Source: an uncultured Gemmatimonadaceae bacterium | GTDB lineage: Bacteria; Gemmatimonadota; Gemmatimonadetes; Gemmatimonadales; Gemmatimonadaceae | NCBI GenBank assembly: GCA_963740355.1 | Contig: CAVUDW010000002.1 | Span: forward strand, 480,001 to 544,000 | Direction of reading: 5' to 3' | Length of the DNA: 64,000 bases | Notes under the pieces: model-generated | The model's database searches: none | Seen by the model: only the letters and a program-made list of their open reading frames with translations | Told to the model about the DNA's origin: nothing | Position numbers and translations under genes: made by a program | Part shown: positions 59,256-64,000 of the stretch, piece by piece | How the letters are laid out: each line of letters opens with the position of its first letter | Numbering within the stretch: the stretch's first letter is position 1

Positions 59256-60593
59256 TCATGCGCACGAGTGAACGCTGGTGCTAGAGTGGTAGAGTCCGGA
59301 TAGTCGACCACGTGCCACACGGAACTGACTTCGCTTCTTCACTTTGGGCGACGTAGAAACATCCTCGACTTTGATTCCGGGGTCGTAGTAGATGGAACCG
59401 TCGGCAATCGCACGCATCGCAAGCGCGTAGTCGGTTCCTTCGGCGAGAAGTACTTTCTCTCCGTATCGATAGCCGATGTCCGGTGTGTCCCGCTTTATCG
59501 CGGGAACGAAGACGGCCCGCGAGTGCTTTCGAGTCCAGTGCGAAAGTAGCCCTGCAAAGGTCCACGATGCGGCGACTTCACCGTCATCCGTCAGCAATAC
59601 CACTGCTCCGTCAGATCGAGTAATTTTCCCCGAAGGCGCATCGTAGCCATCCATTCGCATCGTCAGGCCGGTCGCGGCGCATCTGATGCCGGTACGGTGA
59701 ATGCCACCAAAATTGATCCGGTCGTCACGACCGCGCTTGTCCGCGTATCCAAAACGCTGCAAGAATTCGATAGGCTCAAGAACTGAGTATGCTCCCCCGT
59801 TTGGCTCAGGGGTCATCAGAGTCACTGCACCCGTCCCCTCGCGATCGAAGGACGCGACCGTGTGGGCTTTCACCTCCCATCCATCAAAGTCCGGCTCAGA
59901 CCGTCCGTTCGCGGTGATTCCGAGCTCCGATTCCAGCGTGACACCGACGCAGTTCCGGGCAACACAAGGAATGCGCTCACCAGCCTTGGTCAGACGCCAT
60001 CCTTGAATCCAACCTTCCCGCGAAATCCTGCAGAGGGCGGAAAGCAGCCGGCCGCGCGAGTCGGCGAGGGAGGTCCCCGAGTCGAGAGGTACGCGCATCA
60101 GCACGCCAACCTCATCAAGTGAATGAAGCGCAGCGAGCTCTCGGGCGATCGCGGAATCCTCCGGAACTGCATGGCCGATCACACGTCGGTCGACCGTCAC
60201 CCCCAAAAGCAGGACGCGACCTACGGCGCGGCCAGCAAGCAGGTCGTTCGGCGAGAGGGCGGCGCCCTTCAGAAATCCTGAAAGCCGGACTTCCGGATAC
60301 TGAGGGTAAAGAATCAGCCGAGCTTCTGGTGCTGGGCAGACCTCGCCAGAGGCAGTCAGCCAGCTGAGTCGTAGCGGTGCCTTGAAGATGGGGGTGTCGT
60401 GGGTGCCGCTCGTGGTGGCTTCGGGCGGTTCTGTCGGAATGACGTTGATGACCCTGAAGTCACCCCCGAGGTAAATCTGATTCTTGCTGTTGTCGTTTGG
60501 ACTCAGCCGTTTCGCGAACAACTGTCGGACACCCTGGTGGCGCAGGGCGGCAGTGAGCTGCGCGAGTGACATTGATGAGTCGTGAATAGACAT
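59256..60593 (-). CDS. MvaI/BcnI family restriction endonuclease with extra N-terminal domain
   Basis: GVTLESELGITANGRSEPDFDGWEVK (PD-ExK), VTLMTPEP, W.RKH..AVFVP, IYYDPGIK, KKRSQFR; N-terminal AKRLSPNDNSKNQIYLGG. Alternative start at 60572. Confidence 0.85.
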   Translation of the reverse strand: MSIHDSSMSLAQLTAALRHQGVRQLFAKRLSPNDNSKNQIYLGGDFRVINVIPTEPPEATTSGTHDTPIFKAPLRLSWLTASGEVCPAPEARLILYPQYPEVRLSGFLKGAALSPNDLLAGRAVGRVLLLGVTVDRRVIGHAVPEDSAIARELAALHSLDEVGVLMRVPLDSGTSLADSRGRLLSALCRISREGWIQGWRLTKAGERIPCVARNCVGVTLESELGITANGRSEPDFDGWEVKAHTVASFDREGTGAVTLMTPEPNGGAYSVLEPIEFLQRFGYADKRGRDDRINFGGIHRTGIRCAATGLTMRMDGYDAPSGKITRSDGAVVLLTDDGEVAASWTFAGLLSHWTRKHSRAVFVPAIKRDTPDIGYRYGEKVLLAEGTDYALAMRAIADGSIYYDPGIKVEDVSTSPKVKKRSQFRVARGRLSGLYHSSTSVHSCA

Positions 60594-60596
60594 CGC

Positions 60597-60625
60597 TTGA
60601 CGGCGGGAGAAAAAGCGGACATTAT
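60597..60625 (+). promoter_or_regulatory. sigma70-type promoter giving a leaderless methyltransferase mRNA
   Basis: TTGACG (60597-60602), 17 bp spacer, CATTAT (60620-60625), 6 nt, ATG 60632; no SD sequence. Confidence 0.65.
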
Positions 60626-60631
60626 GACGCC

Positions 60632-61903
60632 ATGCAATATACCGAACAAACCCCGGCGCTCCTTCAGCAGGCACTGATGCGCTACTCGCAGGGCGAGATC
60701 GCGTCGATGTTGGATGTCAACGTCCGTCAGGTCAGGCGGTGGATCGTCGGCGAGAGCAAGCCGAAGTCGGTTTACCTCAGCCTGCTACAGAAGGAGCTAT
60801 CGCCGGAGCCGATCCTTCGCCAGCCCAGCTTCCAGTTCATTGATTTGTTCGCGGGCATCGGTGGTCTCCGTCGCGGTTTCGAGTCAATGGGCGGCGAGTG
60901 TGTCTTTACCAGCGAATGGGACAAGAACTCCGTCCGCACGTACTCAGACAACTTCCCGGATGGGCATGACATCTGGGGCGACATCACGCAGATCGCACCG
61001 GAAGCCATTCCCGAGCACGACATTCTGCTCGGCGGCTTTCCCTGTCAGCCTTTCAGCCTCGCTGGAGTCAGCAAGAAAAACAGTCTTGGCCGAGCCCATG
61101 GCTTTCTCGACAAAGCACAGGGTACGCTGTTCTTCAACGTGCTCAGCATTTTGAAGGCAAAGCGCCCTGCGGGCTTCTTGCTAGAGAACGTGAAGAACCT
61201 GAAGAGTCACGACGGCGGTCGGACTTACCAGGTAATCAGGGGGGCTCTCGAGGAACTGGGGTATCAAGTAGAAGACCGCATCATTGATTCTCGGCCTTGG
61301 GTGCCGCAGCGCCGTGAACGCATCTTTCTGGTGGGCTTCCGGAAACACGTCCAATTCTCATTCGATGAGATGGCGGTACCGAAGCAGGGGCCGACGCTTG
61401 GCTCGATTCTGCATTCGAAGGACGAGGAACCGGAAGGCCACTTCACCAAGACTGTTCGCGGAAAGACGGTCGTGGATGAGCGGTATACGCTGTCCGACCA
61501 TCTCTGGAAATACTTGCAGGACTATGCCGCCAAGCACCGAGCCGCCGGCAATGGCTTCGGCTGCAGTGTTTTCGATGCGAATGACGTCGCTCGGACGTTG
61601 TCGGCTCGGTACCACAAAGACGGCAGCGAGATTCTGATTAAGCAGCACAAGAAGAACCCGCGTCGCCTCACCCCGCGCGAATGCGCACGTCTCATGGGTT
61701 TCGATCGCGTAGGTCGTGAGCCGCACATCATCCCGGAGACCATGTCGGACACCCAGGCGTACCGTCAGTTCGGGAACTCTGTGGTAGTGCCGGTCGTCGA
61801 GGAGATTGCGAAGATCATGGTGCCAAGGATCGTAAGCCCTGAGCGCTATAAGCCCATTCCACGACTACAGCTGGAGTTCCTTGCCACGGGCACCGAGGGC
61901 TGA
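60632..61903 (+). CDS. dcm: DNA (cytosine-5)-methyltransferase, Dcm/M.EcoRII-like, with N-terminal HTH
   Basis: Motifs I FIDLFAGIGG, IV GFPCQPFS, VI ENVKNL, VIII PQRRERIF, IX RRLTPRECARLMGF, X AYRQFGNSV; Dcm-like TRD TLSARYHKDGSEIL; N-terminal SQGEIASMLDVNVRQVRRW HTH. Confidence 0.95.
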   Translation: MQYTEQTPALLQQALMRYSQGEIASMLDVNVRQVRRWIVGESKPKSVYLSLLQKELSPEPILRQPSFQFIDLFAGIGGLRRGFESMGGECVFTSEWDKNSVRTYSDNFPDGHDIWGDITQIAPEAIPEHDILLGGFPCQPFSLAGVSKKNSLGRAHGFLDKAQGTLFFNVLSILKAKRPAGFLLENVKNLKSHDGGRTYQVIRGALEELGYQVEDRIIDSRPWVPQRRERIFLVGFRKHVQFSFDEMAVPKQGPTLGSILHSKDEEPEGHFTKTVRGKTVVDERYTLSDHLWKYLQDYAAKHRAAGNGFGCSVFDANDVARTLSARYHKDGSEILIKQHKKNPRRLTPRECARLMGFDRVGREPHIIPETMSDTQAYRQFGNSVVVPVVEEIAKIMVPRIVSPERYKPIPRLQLEFLATGTEG

Positions 61904-62312
61904 TCCGCCGGTGTCCGCAGCGCGATCGCGCAATATGGCGGCGATACGCGGAAAGGACACAAAGCCAGAAATGCTCGTGCGGAGCTGGGTGCATCGACGC
62001 GGATTCAGATTCAGGCTACACGCGAAGGGAATGCCTGGTAGCCCTGACCTTGTACTTGCGAGACACCGTACCGTCGTCTTCGTTCACGGCTGCTTCTGGC
62101 ACTCGCACGGCTGCTCGAACTCCGTCGTCCCCCAGACTCGACGCGAGTTCTGGGTAGAGAAGCTCGGCCGCAACGTGGCGCGTGATGCCAAGAATTTTAG
62201 AGAGTTAACAGAACTCGGATGGCGCGTGTTTGTTGTATGGGAGTGCGACCTGAGAAAGCATCCAGAGCGCACGCTCTCGCGGCTGACCGCGCGCCTCTCG
62301 AACACTGACTGA
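61881..62312 (+). CDS. vsr: very short patch repair endonuclease
   Basis: RSRNMAAIRGKDTKPE, GFRFRLH, PG.PDLV, FVHGCFWH.H.C, N.ARD, GWRV.VVWEC. Confidence 0.95.
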   Translation: MPRAPRADPPVSAARSRNMAAIRGKDTKPEMLVRSWVHRRGFRFRLHAKGMPGSPDLVLARHRTVVFVHGCFWHSHGCSNSVVPQTRREFWVEKLGRNVARDAKNFRELTELGWRVFVVWECDLRKHPERTLSRLTARLSNTD

Positions 62313-62323
62313 TCCGTATTCAG

Positions 62324-63043
62324 CTACTCCGCCTTTCGAAATCTCTCGAATTCCTTTGGCAGAAGCTTGAGCAGTCTATCCATCGGCATCGCGTAGATAT
62401 CGAAGGTGAGATCTAGCTGCATAAGAACTTCGGCAAGCCGGCGCGGGGAGCCGCGCCCTGCGCCACCAGAGCCTTTCTTCCTACGACCAGTCGACTGGTC
62501 AACGTAGAGAGAGTTCGAGAGCGACAAAACCGTGGCAGAAGTGGCGAGTTCCATTCGAGACGCGATTTGCTCGTAGATCTCGCCTGGCTTGTGCAGGCTG
62601 CCGCCAAGGAGCGCACGTGCCCGTTCGGGATTGTCGCGATGCGCCGTGAGGATCTGCCACGGGCCTGCCAACAGATGCCGGTAGTACGTGCGATAATCCG
62701 TGCCAGTAGGTACGTATCGAGCGCGCTGGCCCAGCTTTCTGACGCCGTTGCTTGTCGGGCATACTTGGTCGAAGTACACGAGAGTGAGCCACGCCCACAT
62801 GCCAGAATCCGCCTGAACACGAATATCGGGAGCGTTGCCCATCAGGCTGAGGGAATACGTTGCCCAATCAAAACGCGTCTCAAACACACGCGGCTCTGCG
62901 ATGTCGCCATAGCCAGTTGACTCAACCAGCGCGCCTGGATTCACGAGCTCTTCTGGCACGCTTGTCGCTCTCTCATTCTGAATCGCATCGAGCCAGCGAT
63001 TCATTTCGGCAATGCCTTTAGGACGCAGTCTGTTTAGGCTCAC
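62324..63043 (-). CDS. hypothetical protein (last gene of unknown operon)
   Basis: 239-aa ORF; GTG start overlaps the upstream stop (GTGA); motifs D.GMWAWL.L.YFDQ.CP, YYRHLLAGP, EQIASR, RRL..VL.QLD.T.D. Confidence 0.8.
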   Translation of the reverse strand: MSLNRLRPKGIAEMNRWLDAIQNERATSVPEELVNPGALVESTGYGDIAEPRVFETRFDWATYSLSLMGNAPDIRVQADSGMWAWLTLVYFDQVCPTSNGVRKLGQRARYVPTGTDYRTYYRHLLAGPWQILTAHRDNPERARALLGGSLHKPGEIYEQIASRMELATSATVLSLSNSLYVDQSTGRRKKGSGGAGRGSPRRLAEVLMQLDLTFDIYAMPMDRLLKLLPKEFERFRKAE

Positions 63044-63801
63044 GCATCACTTCCATCAGTCAGTGTAGCGCCGTACTTCTCGGCGAATCGCTGTTGGCGG
63101 CAGAAGGCTTTCACTGCATCCTCAACCCAGTCCGCTCGGGCATCGTCAGAGGAGTCGGCATCAGGAACGTCACATACTCCAGGCAAACGAATGGCGAACG
63201 CTGTCCAGTCCGAATGCCAGTCCTTTTCGTCGGAGTCAAGATCTTCGAGCGCCTTGGACAGTATGCGTCGAAATAGCTCAGGATACACGAGGCTCCGAAA
63301 CGCAACCGACTGGACCGCCTGCCTCCAATCACCAAGGCGATTGTTCACCACAAGCGTTGGTCCGGCTCGAGTTTCGTCGAAGTCCAGCCGCCACGTTGCT
63401 TCATCAAGATCGTCGCCACGCGTGTTCAACAAGGACCGGCGCCCTGCATCGCGCGGGTCGGCGCTCGTCACCGGAACGCGGTCGGCCTCAGCCCAGATTC
63501 GACCGTCTTCGCGGCCTCCACTCAGGATCTTGACCCTGAATTGAACTCCGTCTGGGTCACCGAACGCGTCAAGCCTGCACGCGGTCGCCGCTCGGACAAA
63601 GCCAACCGTTCCGAATTCATACCTCCGCCAAGTCGTCTGGCGGTAGGCTTCAACGACTACCAAGCACTCCGACGGTAGCGCGTAGCTCGACAGGTTAATC
63701 TTCGCATCGAACGCAGCACTGTCTGCATCGCGAACGATTGTAATTCCAACGTCCGCGCGCTCAATTCGCTTCCGGTTCGTCCAGTTAAGTCGCTGGGGCA
63801 T
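63040..63801 (-). CDS. hypothetical protein (middle gene of unknown operon)
   Basis: 253-aa ORF; GGGGAG RBS; start overlaps the upstream gene; beta-rich N-terminal half and helical acidic C-terminal half. Confidence 0.8.
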   Translation of the reverse strand: MPQRLNWTNRKRIERADVGITIVRDADSAAFDAKINLSSYALPSECLVVVEAYRQTTWRRYEFGTVGFVRAATACRLDAFGDPDGVQFRVKILSGGREDGRIWAEADRVPVTSADPRDAGRRSLLNTRGDDLDEATWRLDFDETRAGPTLVVNNRLGDWRQAVQSVAFRSLVYPELFRRILSKALEDLDSDEKDWHSDWTAFAIRLPGVCDVPDADSSDDARADWVEDAVKAFCRQQRFAEKYGATLTDGSDA

Positions 63802-64000
63802 CGAGCTCCCCGGTGGTAGCGATTCTGAGTGCCAGATCGCGGTTCATGTCAAACCCGATGATGGAGACACGGAAGTCCGGATCCGTAACCTCGTATCTCA
63901 CTTTGTTCTCGCTTACAGTGAGCGCGCGGAGCCCATGGATATCAGTTGGATCGCCGACGCCGTCTCGCATGAGCAGGAAATCGGCAGGATCGTACTTCGC
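63785..64000 (-). CDS. 3' end of a larger hypothetical protein (starts outside window)
   Basis: The frame stays open to the window edge (…AKYDPADFLLMRDG…GFDMNRDLALRI…); its stop overlaps the start of 63040..63801. Confidence 0.65.
   Translation of the reverse strand, partial: AKYDPADFLLMRDGVGDPTDIHGLRALTVSENKVRYEVTDPDFRVSIIGFDMNRDLALRIATTGELDAPAT

Larger units (their letters stand above)
58040..64000. mobile_element. putative horizontally acquired defence island (left part; continues beyond window)
   Basis: By eye, an abrupt shift to more A/T-rich sequence and codon usage after the symporter stop; restriction-modification, TA-remnant and nuclease content. No integrase or att site is seen in the window. 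Confidence 0.6.

Overview
GC-rich bacterial chromosomal segment; the gene repertoire (DUF5916, VPS10/BNR hydrolase, stand-alone plug lipoproteins) suggests Gemmatimonadota, which is an inference. From 1 to about 58,030 it is core or semi-core: the 5' part of sucB, gyrA, leuS, ilvE, trmL, a fabZ paralog, matB/matC, signalling proteins (REC-GAF-GGDEF, HDOD, multi-PAS hybrid kinase), and many secreted hydrolases and transporters. From about 58,040 to the end is a visibly more AT-rich defence-island-like region. It holds an orphan RHH antitoxin, a nuclease-like gene split by an in-frame stop, and a MvaI/BcnI-family endonuclease divergent from an HTH-Dcm-like C5 methyltransferase plus vsr. A tightly coupled operon of at least three unrecognised genes converges on that module and runs off the window. 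The most unusual unexplained structures are: (1) a modular intergenic repeat family (25-bp hairpin core plus 46-bp linker with a fixed-register YAA-N19-TTR box) at two loci; (2) a duplicated module of a secreted helical protein plus a beta-rich outer-membrane-like protein; (3) a triplicated 23-aa peptide in the SucB linker that differs only at synonymous sites; (4) the unknown operon next to the restriction-modification genes. No rRNA, tRNA, CRISPR array, integrase or transposase was recognised. Start codons were chosen by eye and product calls come from motif recognition only, without database searches.
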